From contig NW_021835967.1 of the NCBI RefSeq assembly GCF_006345805.1, forward strand, positions 1 to 64,000: a DNA stretch of 64,000 bases, written 5' to 3'. Shown piece after piece: positions 50,590 to 62,900 of this stretch (the first letter of the stretch is position 1; the number at the start of each line of letters is the position of its first letter). The stretch is from Octopus sinensis (Eukaryota). The position numbers and the translations under genes are program-made. A model generated the notes under the pieces. That model saw only the letters and a program-made list of their open reading frames with translations, did not search any database and was not told the origin of the DNA.

Positions 50590-51450
50590 ATATCATCATC
50601 ATAATCATCATCATCATCTAACGTCTGTTTTCCATGCTAGCATGGGTTGGATGGTTCAACTGGGGTCTGGGAAGCCAGAAGGCTGCACCAGGCCCAGTTT
50701 GATCTGGCAATGTTTCTACGGCTGGATGCCCTTCCTAATGCAACCACTCCATGAGTGTAGTAGTGGTGTTTTTTTACGTGCCACCGGCGACGAGGCCAGT
50801 CGGGGCGGCGCTGGCAACGGCCACGTTCGGATGGTTTCTCTACGTGCCACCGGCACTGGTAACTCAGCTGCAATTTCCATTGATCGATTTCGATTCTGAT
50901 TCTCACTTGCCTCAACAGGTCTTCACAAGTAGAGTTTTGTGTCCCAAGAAGGAAGGTATGCATAAGTGAACTGGCTACATCCTGTGTAGAAGGCCACGGG
51001 TTATGGTCTCACTTGTCCTTTTACTCTGAGCGAGAGGTATTTTGTCACTAGCAGAGGTAAGAGCTCTCTGAACTTTGCCCAAGCTATTCTTACTCTAGCA
51101 GTTACACTTTCAGCACACCCGCCCCCGCTGCTGACTTGGTCACCTAGGTAACGGAAGCTATCAACTATTTCTAGTTTTTCTCCCTGGAAAGTGACAGAAG
51201 TTGGTCTCAGAGCATTTTCAGTGTTTATTGTTCCTGAGCATCTGCCACATACAAAAACTATCTTCCTAGTTAGCCTTCCTTTGACATTGCTGCACCTCTT
51301 ATGTGTCCATAGCTTACACTTCGTGCATCTTATAGAGTTTGTACCTACACTTTTTCTACAGATCGAGCAGGGCCATCTACCTGAAGGCGTTTGTGATTTG
51401 TCTACCTTCCTACTTATTAGGACTTTGGTTTTAGCTAGATTGACTCTCCT
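50590..51450 (-). mobile_element. Internally deleted RTE-type LINE: stop-free 149-codon ORF2 fragment (51001-51450; RT thumb region with PHD-type finger) joined to the family D 3' end
   Basis: Manual translation RRVNLAKTKVLISRKVDKSQTPSGRWPCSICRKSVGTNSIRCTKCKLWTHKRCSNVKGRLTRKIVFVCGRCSG...EKLEIVDSFRYLGDQVSSGGGCAESVTARVRIAWAKFRELLPLLVTKYLSLRVKGQVRP*. It is absent from the ORF track because it has no start codon. Confidence 0.85.
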
Positions 51451-51454
51451 GGAA

Positions 51455-51781
51455 GTTATTCTTTGTAAGCCCAGTACTTATTCTATCGGTCTCTTTTGCC
51501 GAACTGCTAATTGATGGGGACGTAAACACACCAGCATCAGTTGTCAAGCAATGCTAGGGGGACAAACACAGACACACAAACATACACGCACACATTATAT
51601 ATATATATACATATATACGACGGGCTTTTTTCAGTTTCCGTCTACCAAATCCACTCACAAGGCTTTGGTCGGCCCAAGGCTATAGTAGAAGATACTTACC
51701 GAAGATGCCACGCAGTGGGACTGAACCCGGAATAATGTGGTTGGTAAGCAAGCTACTTACCACACAGCCACTCCTGCACCT
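51455..51781 (-). mobile_element. Family A SINE, tail truncated
   Basis: Match to the family consensus. Confidence 0.85.
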
Positions 51782-51800
51782 ATGTATATATATATATATA

Positions 51801-52200
51801 CTAGCAGTATCGCCCGGCGTTGCTCGGGTTTGTAAGGGAAATAATTATATAAGCATTTTTAGAGATGTAAAGTATAATAGCCATCTCAATATGGCTAACC
51901 ACAAAGGGGGAGGGGTGTTACTGTAGCTTTTTACGTTCTGAGATTTAATAATAAATTTTAGAGAGTTACTTCCCTTATATATGTCAAAAATGGATTAAAA
52001 ATGGGAAAAATTGATGGTAAATTTTTTTTTAAATCGTAGATTCATCGTAGACGCGCGCTAATACCCAGACGGGCTCGATATGAATCACGACTATAAGATA
52101 CCGGGTTTGGTTTTTTTTAAACTGCACCGCAAAATGTGGGAATAGTTAGGAATCTAAATCGTAGGAGACAGACACACAACCTCACTTTTATATATAAAGA
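51801..52200 (-). mobile_element. Non-autonomous Helitron/DINE-like element
   Basis: Shares ~170 bp of 5' and ~60 bp of 3' sequence with 4224-4742 but has a different middle. Termini are TC...CTAG. Confidence 0.75.
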
Positions 52201-52357
52201 TTTCCTCTATTTACATAATATTGAGGTCTCTTCTTTCTTTTGTTATCTTACTGTTTTTACCAATATACATATATATATGTAAATATATATATAGTTACAG
52301 AGATGTACTTGCATAGCAAGTGACTTGATCTGAGATCGTGTGCTGGAACGAAAACAG

Positions 52358-52615
52358 TTGCAGCGTTGAAGGTGTTTATAAGCCATTTAAGAAACACACA
52401 AAAACCGTTAGATTCACTTCAACATTTAAATTTAATTTGTCAAAATATTTTCGTCGCTTTGAGACCGCGACCTGTTAGCACGATATTTTTGTCAGTGAAC
52501 AGGTCGCGGTCTCAAAGCGAGGAAAATATTTTGGCAAATTAAATTTAAATGTTGAAGTGAATCTAACGTTTTTTTGTGTTTCTTAAATGGCTTACAAACA
52601 CCTTCCACGCTGCAA
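52358..52615. repeat. Fold-back inverted repeat (~118-bp arms, 21-nt loop), Penelope-like
   Basis: 52358-52476 is the reverse complement of 52498-52615. Confidence 0.85.
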
Positions 52616-53721
52616 ATATATATACACACATATATATATATATGTATGTATGTGTGTATATGTGTATGCATGTATGGTGTGTGTGTGCGTGTCTGTGCTT
52701 GTGATTGTCCTCCACCACTGCTTGACAACGAATGTTGGTTGTTTACATCCCTGTCACCTAGTGGTTTGACAAAGGAAACAGATAGAATAAGTACAATGCT
52801 TACAAAAATAAAACTGGAGTTGATTCATTAAACTACAATTCTTCAAGGCATTGCCCCAGCATGGCCACAGACCAATGGCTGGAAAAAGCAGAAAAATAAA
52901 AGAATACATTCTCTGCTTTGGTCTTATGTTCAAGGCATGAGAAAGCTTGAGTTTACATGAGAAGGCCTAACAGACCTGGTAGAAACAGCAGCCAAATCTC
53001 CCTCAAATCACACCTTACTGTCTTATGTATGTATATATATGAGCCAATGAGGAGGACCTCTACATGGTAGCTAGACCTGGTAGAAATAGCAGCCAAATTT
53101 CCCCCAAATCACACCTTACTGTCTTATCTATGTATATATGTATGTATGAGCCTATGAGGGAGACCCTACATGGCAGAAAAGCAGCCAAATCTCCCTCAAA
53201 TCACACCTTACTGTCTTATGTATGTATATATATATATATACAAGCCACTACGGTTATTTAATGTAAAGTCTTCCTCAAATCACTCTCTTGCTATTTATTC
53301 TCTTCCAAGAACATTTTCACTCACTCTTATCTCTTAGCTCCCATACATTTTACTCATGTATCTATCAGCGTCATAGACAGAAACAAATATTACATCGCCA
53401 TCGCCATCGCATTCTATTGTCTACCTGTCAACACACACACAGTGAATTAGTTTCAGTTTATTCGTTGCACACTGTGTGTGTGCGTTTGCGTGTGCTGTAG
53501 CCCAAACTAAGAAAAGCATTTGACATATACACCACAATGTGAGTTTTCTCTAAATTTTGCTTAATTGGGGTTGAAATTTTAAAAACCGGACCTGGCAAAA
53601 CCCGATGCATTCTACTCTTAAAAATGCTAGGTAAATTGTAATTGAAGAAATCCTATATTGTAGATTTCTATAAGAGACAAAGGGAGGCAGATAAAATCTG
53701 CCTTTTATAACAAGAGATATT

Positions 53722-53900
53722 GTTTTGTCTGTCGTTACGTTCTGATTTCAAATTCCGCCGAGGTCGACTTTGCCTTTCATCCTTTCGGGGGTCAATTAAA
53801 TAAGTACCAGTTTTGCACTGGGGTCGATGTAATCAACTTAATCTCCTTGTCTGTCCTTGTTTGTCACCTCTATGTTTAGCCCCTTGTGGGCAATAAAGAT
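53722..53900 (+). mobile_element. Family B SINE, 5'-truncated monomer; another at 47190-47356
   Basis: B box, core and tail present. Confidence 0.8.
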
Positions 53901-54467
53901 ATATATATATATACATATGTATATATATATATATATCTATTATATATATATATATATATGTATATATATGTATGTATATATATGTATATATATATGTATG
54001 TAATATATGTATGTATATATATGTATATATATTGTATGTATATATATGTATATGTATGTATATATATGTATATATATATGTATGTATTATATGTATATAT
54101 ATAATATGTATGTATATTATATATATATATAGATATATATAATATGTATGTATATATATGTATATATATATATGTATGTATGTTATATATATGTATATAT
54201 ATAGTATGTATGTATATATATGTATATATATATATATGTATGTATATATATGTATTATATATATATTATGTATGTATATATATGATATATATATATGTAT
54301 GTATGTATATAATGTATATATTATATATATAGTATGTATATATATGTATATTATGTATGTATGTATATATAGTATATATATATGTATGTATGTATATATA
54401 TGTATATATATATGTATGTATGTATATATATGTATATATATATGTATGTATGTATATATATGTATAT

Positions 54468-54508
<41 letters not shown>

Positions 54509-54609
54509 TGTATATACGTGTGTATGTATGTATATATATATATGTATATGTTGTATGTATGTATATATATATATGTATATGTATGTATGGATATATATAT
54601 ATGTGTATG

Positions 54610-54640
<31 letters not shown>

Positions 54641-54945
54641 ATATAATATCCTCTCTTTCTCTCTCCTTTCTTCCTCTCTCTCGCTTTCTCCTATGTCTCT
54701 ATATATCTGTTTGTCTCTCTCTCTCCCTCTCTTACTCTTTTCTCTCTCTCTGTTTTTTTCTCTTCATGTAATTATGCTTATTTCTCTTTTTTCTCTCTCC
54801 TTTCTTCCTCTCTCTTTCTCACTCTAACTCTCTTCTCTGTTTTTCTCTCTCTATATATATATCTGTTTGTCTTCTCTCTCTCTCTCTCTCTGACTTTCTT
54901 CTCTGTCTCTCCATACAATTATTTGTGTGTCTGTATGTATGTATG

Positions 54946-54990
<45 letters not shown>

Positions 54991-55761
54991 TTATATATGT
55001 ATATATATGGCATAGATGTATATAATGTATGTATATATATGCATTGTATATATATTATATATATATACTATATATATATGTATGTATAGTATGTATATAT
55101 ATATGTATGTATATGTCGTATTATATATATGTATGTATATATGTGTATAGATATTATATGTATATATGAGTATGATCTATATATATATATATATATTATA
55201 TATAATTAGAAGAAATGAGGTAATCAGAAGATCGGATGGTTCATATTTATAGATATTTATTATAATTACATTTTTTACATATATATATCATATCATCAGA
55301 TTCATATCATTCAGATTATAGCGCTTCTCCCATTCTAGTGGGGTTTCAAATCAAATCGAATCATATATATATATATATATATATATAATGTATGTATATA
55401 TGTGTATGGATATATATATATATGTGTATGTTTGTATGTATATATATATATATGTATATGCATGTGTATATATATATGTATGTATATATAAATGTTTGTA
55501 TGTATATATGTATATGCATGTGTATATATATGTATGTATACATAAATGTTTGTATGTATATATATATATGTATATTTATGTGTATATATATATATATATA
55601 TAAATGTTTGTATCTATATATATATGTGTGTGTGTATGTGTGTTTGTCTATCTGTCAGTGAGTCTCTCTTTCTCTCTATATATACATAATGTATGTATGT
55701 ATGTATATATATATATGTATGTTTATGTATATATATGTGTATATATTTGTGTGTGCTCTAG

Positions 55762-55891
55762 ATATCTTTTAAGTCTTTTATGTTTCATCTGTACCTTCAA
55801 TTGCTGTACCAGAGAAATTCCTGCTTGTATCTGTCCCAGGAGGGTAAATTCTCCCCCCGTTTTCACATACGGAGATGAACACACAGCAATG
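55762..55891 (+). CDS. Candidate coding exon of a secreted or membrane protein, possibly the start of a cadherin EC1 domain
   Basis: Acceptor ctctAG at 55760-55761 (in-frame alternative ctgtcccAG at 55838-55839) and strong donor G|GTAAGT at 55892. The open frame reads YLLSLLCFICTFNCCTREIPACICPRRVNSPPVFTYGDEHTAM, a hydrophobic stretch followed by NSPPVF. The sequence is unique and flanked by repeats. Confidence 0.4.
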
Positions 55892-56249
55892 GTAAGTTTC
55901 AAATAACCCCCCATTCTAAAAAAAAAAGGACGAAAAAAAAAAACTCGGGGTTGAAAAGTTGAAATAAAATAAAGCTAAAAGTAATAAAGAAAAAAAAAAA
56001 ATTAAAGAAAATGGACTAAATTTCCTTCACATAAAAACTTGATGTCTTGCTGTACTTTCCAGCATACGAGTAAAATTTTTCAGACCAAAACTCACAGCCA
56101 GAAAAGAAAGGTGATTTTATGCACCAAGAAGACTTTGGGACCCAAAAGTTCCATTGAAATACAGCAGGGTTTTGAAAGATAGTCATGAGACTTGAGTGTT
56201 TAATGTGCTTATATGTTCTATATACTATGCGGACTGTACTAATAAAAGT

Positions 56250-56790
56250 ACGGTAGGTAGGTAGGTAGGTAGGTCGGTAGGTAGCTGGATGGATGGACAG
56301 ATAGATAGATTGATAGACGGACAGAAAAATAGATTGATAGATAGATAGAGACGGACAGAAAAATAGATAGAGAGATGGATAGAAAAATAGGTAGATAGAC
56401 AGACGGGCAAAAATAGATAGATAGATAGATGGACAGACAGACGGACGGGCAGAAAAATAGGTAGATAGATAAATAGATAGATAGATAGACAGACGGACAT
56501 AAAAATAGATATATTGATAGAGAGAGAGAGAGTGACAGACTGACAGAAAAATAGGTAGGTAGATAGACAGACAGACAGAAAAACAGATAGAGAGACAGAC
56601 GGGCGGGCGGGCAGGCAGAAAAATAGGTAAGTAGGTAGGTAGATAGACAGACAGACAGACAGAAAATAGATAGATAGACAGACGGACATAAAAATAGATA
56701 TATTGATAGAGAGAGAGAGAGACAGACAGACAGAAAATAGATAGATAGAAAGACAGACAGGCGGGCAAAAAAATAGGTAGATAGATAGAT
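56250..56790. repeat. (GATA)n/(GACA)n tract with an internal higher-order duplication, at the tail of a family E element
   Basis: GACGGACATAAAAATAGATATATTGATAGAGAG recurs near 56492 and 56681. Confidence 0.9.
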
Positions 56791-57148
56791 ATGTTTCTTT
56801 ATTAGCCACACAGGGCTGCACAAAGACGGAACAAATTACAAGGTACAGCTTTCTTTTGGGGATAAAAAAGGGGGTTTGGTTTTCGATCAATAGGGATCGT
56901 TATCACAGAAATGACAATATAAAGTGTAAAGGGGAGGACAGGTGAGGTTTACCCGTGGAAAGAAAAGCCTACGGAAAAGACCACGGTAACCTCGGTCAAT
57001 GAAGTCACAGACAGAAAAATAGATAGATAGACAGACGGACAAAAATAGATAGACAGATAGATGGGCAGAAAAATAAGTACCTAGATAGATAGATGGACAG
57101 AAAAATAAAATAAATAGATAGACAGACAGAAATATATATATATATATA

Positions 57149-57530
57149 AGCGCAGGAGTGGCTGTGTGGTAAGTAGCTTGCTAACCAACCACATGGTTCC
57201 GGGTTCAGTCCCACTGCGTGGCATCTTGGGCAAGTGTCTTCTGCTATAGCCCCGGGCAGACCAATGCCTTGTGAGTGGATTTGGTAGACAGAAACTGAAA
57301 AGAAGCCCGTTGTATATATGTATATATATATGTATGTATGTGTTTGTCCCCCTAGCATTGCTTGACAACCGATGCTGGTGTGTTTACGTCCCCGTCACTT
57401 AGCGGTTCGGCAAAAGAGACCGATAGAATAAGTACTGGGCTTACAGAGAATAAGTCCCGGGGTCGATTTGCTCGACTAAAAGGTGGTGCTCCAGCATGGC
57501 CGCAGTCAAATGACTGAAACAAGTAAAAGA
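57149..57530 (+). mobile_element. Family A SINE, full length; further copies at 57974-58384 (-) and 61151-61548 (+)
   Basis: Match to the family consensus. Confidence 0.9.
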
Positions 57531-58179
57531 GAAAAAAAAAGAGTATTGCATTTTCCAGCATATAAATCAAATTTTCAGACCAAAATAAACAGTAAAAAAA
57601 AGGTAGGTCATTTTATACACTGAGACAAGCTTGGATGAACAAATGTTCCGTTCGAAATGCAACAGGCTTTTGAAAGATAGTGACAATGCTTTGGATATTT
57701 ACCCCACATCTATACACTATCTACTACATTGGCCTGCGTGCTGTCTATCTGTACCTTTGTCTCTCTCTTGTCCTCTTCATCTTTCTGTCTGTTTGTCTGC
57801 CACATTTTGTGGTATACATGTCCAATTTTTCGGACCAAAATTTAAAACCGAAAATGTGAAAAAGGCATATTGACTTCTACATGAAGACGATTTTAGAGGA
57901 CCAAAAATTCCATGAGAAATGCGGCTGGATTTGGAACGATAGTGGTGGTGTTTGAATGTTTATACTAAATACTACTCTCTTTACTCTTTACTCCTTTACT
58001 TGTTTCAGTCATTTTGACTGCGGCCATGCTGGAGCACCGCCTTTCATCGAGCAAATCGACCCCAGGACTTATTCTTTGTAAGCCCAGTGCTTATTCTATC
58101 GGTCTCTTTTTGCCGAACCGCTAAGTGACGGGGACGTAAACACACCAGCATCGGTTGTCAAGCAATGCTAGAGGGACAA

Positions 58180-58210
<31 letters not shown>

Positions 58211-58409
58211 CATATACATATATACGACGGGCTTCTTTCAGTTTCCGTCTACCAAATCCACTCACAAGGCATTGGTCGGCCCGGGGCTATAGCAGAAGAC
58301 ACTTGCCCAAGATGCCACGCAGCGGGACTGAACCCGGAACCATGTGGTTGGTTAGCAAGCTACTTACCACACAGCCACTCCTATGTTGACTTGTATGACG
58401 AATGGATTT

Positions 58410-58800
58410 CATTCATTGTTCGACCGTGGTCAAGACAATGGAATTTACTACGTTATGCCAGACTTCACGGTCCATCATAGCATTACAAAGGTCCTGTTGC
58501 TGGATGCCTGTATCCCTGGAGATTACATCAGGGTAGGAGAGTGTGTGCCCTCTGGTATCGCGAGCAGAATGCTTCCAGAGGAGAAGAGTAGAAATTATCT
58601 CGTTTTCAGCTCTACAACTGGACTCTCCTACCTTTCACAAGAGATGATACAGGTGGTAGTTTCCCATATATTTGTACTTTGGTTGGATGACGCTTCCACG
58701 AGAAATTTTGAGCTCTCATAAGGAGGCAAGTGTAAGTTCCATCCAACCACCTCTCAAGCTTCTTTGATAACGTCCAGGTTTCTGAGCCATATAGTTTCTG
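58410..58800 (-). pseudogene. RTE LINE ORF2 C-terminal fragment (a second RTE family), frameshifted
   Basis: YGSETWTLSKKLERWLDGTYTCLLMRAQNFSWKRHPTKVQIYGKLPPVSSLVKGRRVQ, then in another frame ...RDTRGHTLSYPDVISRDTGIQQQDLCNAMMDREVW. Confidence 0.8.
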
Positions 58801-59377
58801 AGGCAGGTGGATGAATGGATAGATAGATAGATGCATATATATAATAACAAAGGGTAAAATTAATTAATGAAGGAGTAATCAATAATTTCACCAAGTAGAG
58901 TTCGGCATGAAAAAAGGACCATTTCATGGTAAACTTAAGTAATACTTAATAATTAGGGTTCAGCAAAGATTTGCATTACCATATACCAAAGTTGAAAACA
59001 ATGTTTTCAAGTATTTTGGTTTTTCTGGGAGTCCCTTTTTAAAGTAGAAGAAATAGCTAACGTTTTTTGGCTGCTATTTCTAAACTTCGGTATGTGGTAA
59101 AGCAAATCTTTGCCGAACCCTAATTATTAAGCATATATATATTAATAATAATAATAATAATAATAGTGATAATATTAGGGAGTATAACTCCAAACTTACA
59201 GGGAAAAATTCAATTTGGTATTAAATGAAATATAAATATATAATGAAGTATAAATATATAAAATATTTATAAAAATATATTTTTTGTTTTTTATGTTTTG
59301 TTTTATGTCTATCAATGTTTGAGTTGCATAATAGTGGTTTTATCTCTAATTTATATTTTATATATATATATATATAT

Positions 59378-59557
59378 AACGGGAAGGTTTACGAAAATAA
59401 ACAAAAGACGAAGGCAGGTGGAGTACAAACAAACAAATGTATTAGTATAGCGCTCAGGAATAGAAAAAGTCTTTTACGTTTCGAGCCTAGCTCCTCACAG
59501 AAAGATACACAGAAAAGAAACAAGGAGAGAAAAAAATGCGTGTAGGAGCTAACAGTC

Positions 59558-59600
<43 letters not shown>

Positions 59601-59763
59601 CGGAAGGTTTACAAAAATAAAACAAAGACGAAGGCAGGTGGAGTACAAACACAATGTATTTGTATAGCTCAGGAATAGAAAAAGTCTTTTACGTTTCGAG
59701 CTACGCTCCTCGACAGAAAGATACAGAAAAAAAACAAGGAAAAAAATGCGTGAGGAGCTACAG

Positions 59764-59831
<68 letters not shown>

Positions 59832-59995
59832 CGGGAAGGTTTACGAAAATAAACAAAAGACGAAGGCAGGTGGAGTACAAACAAACAAATGTATTAGTAT
59901 AGCGCTCAGGAATAGAAAAAGTCTTTTATGTTTCGAGCCTATGCTCTTTGACAGAAAGATACAGAGAAAAAAATGCGTGTAGGAGCTAACGATCT
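59378..59995 (-). repeat. Three tandem ~165-185 bp Penelope-like units separated by (TA)n, each with a degenerate hammerhead-like motif
   Basis: Units start at 59378, 59599 and 59830. Confidence 0.75.
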
Positions 59996-60194
59996 ATCAT
60001 GGGAGAAAGAGAGAGACAGATAGATAAATAGATACCACATTTTCCTGCATATTAGTCAGGTTTTACAGAAAATTTACAGCTAAAGAGAAAGGTCAATTTT
60101 GGAGGACCCAAAATTTCATGTTGAGATGCAACAGGATTTGGAAAGAAACCAACAATGTTTGAATGCTTACACAACATGTTTATACTGGAATTGA

Positions 60195-60574
60195 AGCACT
60201 CCGTCAGTTACGACGACGAGGGTTCCGGTTGATCCGATCAACGGATCAGCCTGCTTGTGAAATTAACGTGTAAGTGGCTGAGCACTCCACAGACACGTGT
60301 ACCCTTAACGTAGTTCTCAGGGATATTCAGCGTGACACAGAGAGTGACAAGGCCGGCCCTTTGAAATACAGGTACAACAGAAACAGGAAGTAAGAGTGAG
60401 AGAAAGTTGTGGTGAAAGAGTACAGCAGGGTTCACCACCATCCCCTGCCGGAGCCTCGTGGAACTTTTAGGTGTTTTCGCTCAATAAACACTCACAACGC
60501 CCGGTCTGGGAATTGAAACCGCGATCCTACGACCACGAGTTCGCTGCCCTAACCACTGGGCCATTGTGCCTCCA
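60195..60574 (-). mobile_element. Family C SINE, full length
   Basis: Match to 1378-1770. Confidence 0.85.
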
Positions 60575-61764
60575 CTATGTTTATACTATATACTATGTTA
60601 ACTGGAAAATACAGTGGATATATAGACGAATGGATAGATACATACATAGGAGCACTCTGTCGGTTGTGACGACGAGGGTCCCAGCTGATACGATCAACGG
60701 AACAGCTTGCTCACGAAATTAATGGGCAAGTGGCTGAGGACTCCACAGACACGTGTACCCTGAATGTAGTTCTCGGGGGAGATTCAGTGTGACCACAGAG
60801 TGTGACAAGGCTGGCCCTTTGAAATGCACGTACTACTCATTTTTGCCAGCTGAGTGGACTGGGGCAATGTGAAATAAAGTGTCTTGCTCAAGGACACAAC
60901 GCATTGCCAGGAATTGAGCTCACGACCTTACAATCATGAGCCGAATGGCCCTAACCACTAAGCCATGCACTGTCACTATATACATACATAGAGAGATAAA
61001 TATGAGAGACCACCTTTTCCAGCATACTAGCCAAGTTTTTCTGAACAAAATTTACAGCCCCACCCCCAAGATGGGTCAACTTATACTCCAAGACGACCAT
61101 AGGGAACCAAAAATTCCATTTACACTACATGTTTACATTATAAACTACATAGGCACAGGAGTGGCCCTGTGGTAAGTAGCTTGCTTACCAACCACATGGC
61201 TCCGGGTTCAGTCCCACTGCGTGACATCTTGGGCAAGTGTCTTCTACTATAGCCTCGGACCGACCAAAGCCTTGTGAGTGGATTTGGTAGACGGAAACTC
61301 AAAGAAGCCCGTCGTATATATGTATGTATATATATATATGTGTGTGCGTGTTTGTGTCTGTTTTTCCCCCTAGCATTGCTTGACAACCGATGCTGGTGTG
61401 TTTATGTCCCCGTAACATAGCGGTTCGGCAAAAGAGACCGATAGAATAAGTACTGGGCTTACAAAGAATAAGTCCCGGGGTCAATTTGCTCGACAAAAGG
61501 CGGTGCTCCAGCATGGCCACAGTCAAATGACTGAAACAAGTAAAAGAGACTTGTATGTCAGAAAATACAGCATCTCTCTCCATCTGTCTCTTTGTCTCTC
61601 TCTTGTCCTCTTCATCTTTCTTTCTGTTTTTCTTCTGCATTTTCTGGTACACAAGTGAAATTTTTCAGACCAAAATTTAGAACAAAAAAAAGAAAAGGTA
61701 GGTTGTCTTATATACTAAGACAACTTTGGAGGACCAACACTTTCATTTGAAATGCGGCAAAGAT

Positions 61765-62263
61765 AATGTTCACTTAAAGAGAATAACAAGCTACATAATG
61801 CAAAATTTTTACTTTTCAAAAATTCCAATTCTAAAGGGTCGAAACAAACCCGAGCAACGCCGGGCGATACTGCTAGTATATATATAAAGCTGAAGTTGTC
61901 TGTATATGGCAGGTTTGGTAGCCTTCAACTAACACTATCTCCTCTGAGACCCTGCGGCGCAAGTTGACCCAAAATTGAGAGTATGATAAAAGGCTTGCTC
62001 TTCCTTCCGTAGAAGAAAAAATTCAAATCGGACCATGTTAACATCAAAAATTATTTACATCAAAAAGGTGCTTTTTTTCTATGAAAATCCCTATTTTTTA
62101 ACGATTTTTTGAGTGCTGTGTCGCCACTTTTCGGTGTATTTCAACCAGAAAAATGTTCACTAAAAGAGAATAACAAGCTACATAATGCAAAATTTTTACT
62201 TTTCAAAAATTCCAATTCTAAAGGGTCGAAACAAACCCGAGCAACGCCGGGTGATACTGCTAG
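61765..62263 (+). mobile_element. Helitron-like element (61877-62263) preceded by a duplicate of its own 3' ~110 bp
   Basis: AAACCCGAGCAACGCCGGGYGATACTGCTAG ends at both 61876 and 62263. Confidence 0.75.
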
Positions 62264-62900
62264 TATATTATATTATTAAGAAAATGGAGAGATTTAATAG
62301 ATATGAATTAATTTATTAACATTTTTTAATAAGTACTGCAATTGTTTCAATTCACACTCAGTACAATATGATATAACTTGGATGAAGCCATCCCTGTAAG
62401 AGGTTTATATATCCTTGTAGTGATTATATATATATATATATATAATTATTCTACTATCTTGTTGAGCCAACCAAAGCTTTCTTCTGTTACAAGAGCAGGT
62501 AAGTTCTCCACAGGTTGGTACAGGTATTTGGTTTTTCTGGTGCTTGTAATCAGTGAATGTATTTCACTAGAATTCTTATGTTTACAAAAGCTAGATAGCC
62601 ATCTCCAACCAGCAGGCCATGCTACCCCAGACTGATGATGAGCAAAGAGTCAGAAACTAGTCTCTGGGTGCAGGCTTAGCTGGGTGGAGGTGCTTGTCTC
62701 CCCTTTGTAAGTATAAGGACACAGGAAATGTGTCAAGGCTGACAGAAAGTGTTGCTGCTTCCTAGGGCTAAATAGCAGTAGTATGATTCCCTTCATGGGA
62801 CTATCACATTAAGTTGACAGTATACAACTACTTTATCGTACCACTACTGCATCAATCTCTCTGAGATATTTAGAAATGTATTATTTCAATCTTTATTTTA

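Noticed and set aside
62466-62498. Strong donor CAG|GTAAGT as a possible next exon of the 55.8 kb gene
   Set aside because: Only a weak GAG acceptor is nearby, and no frame gives cadherin-like sequence.
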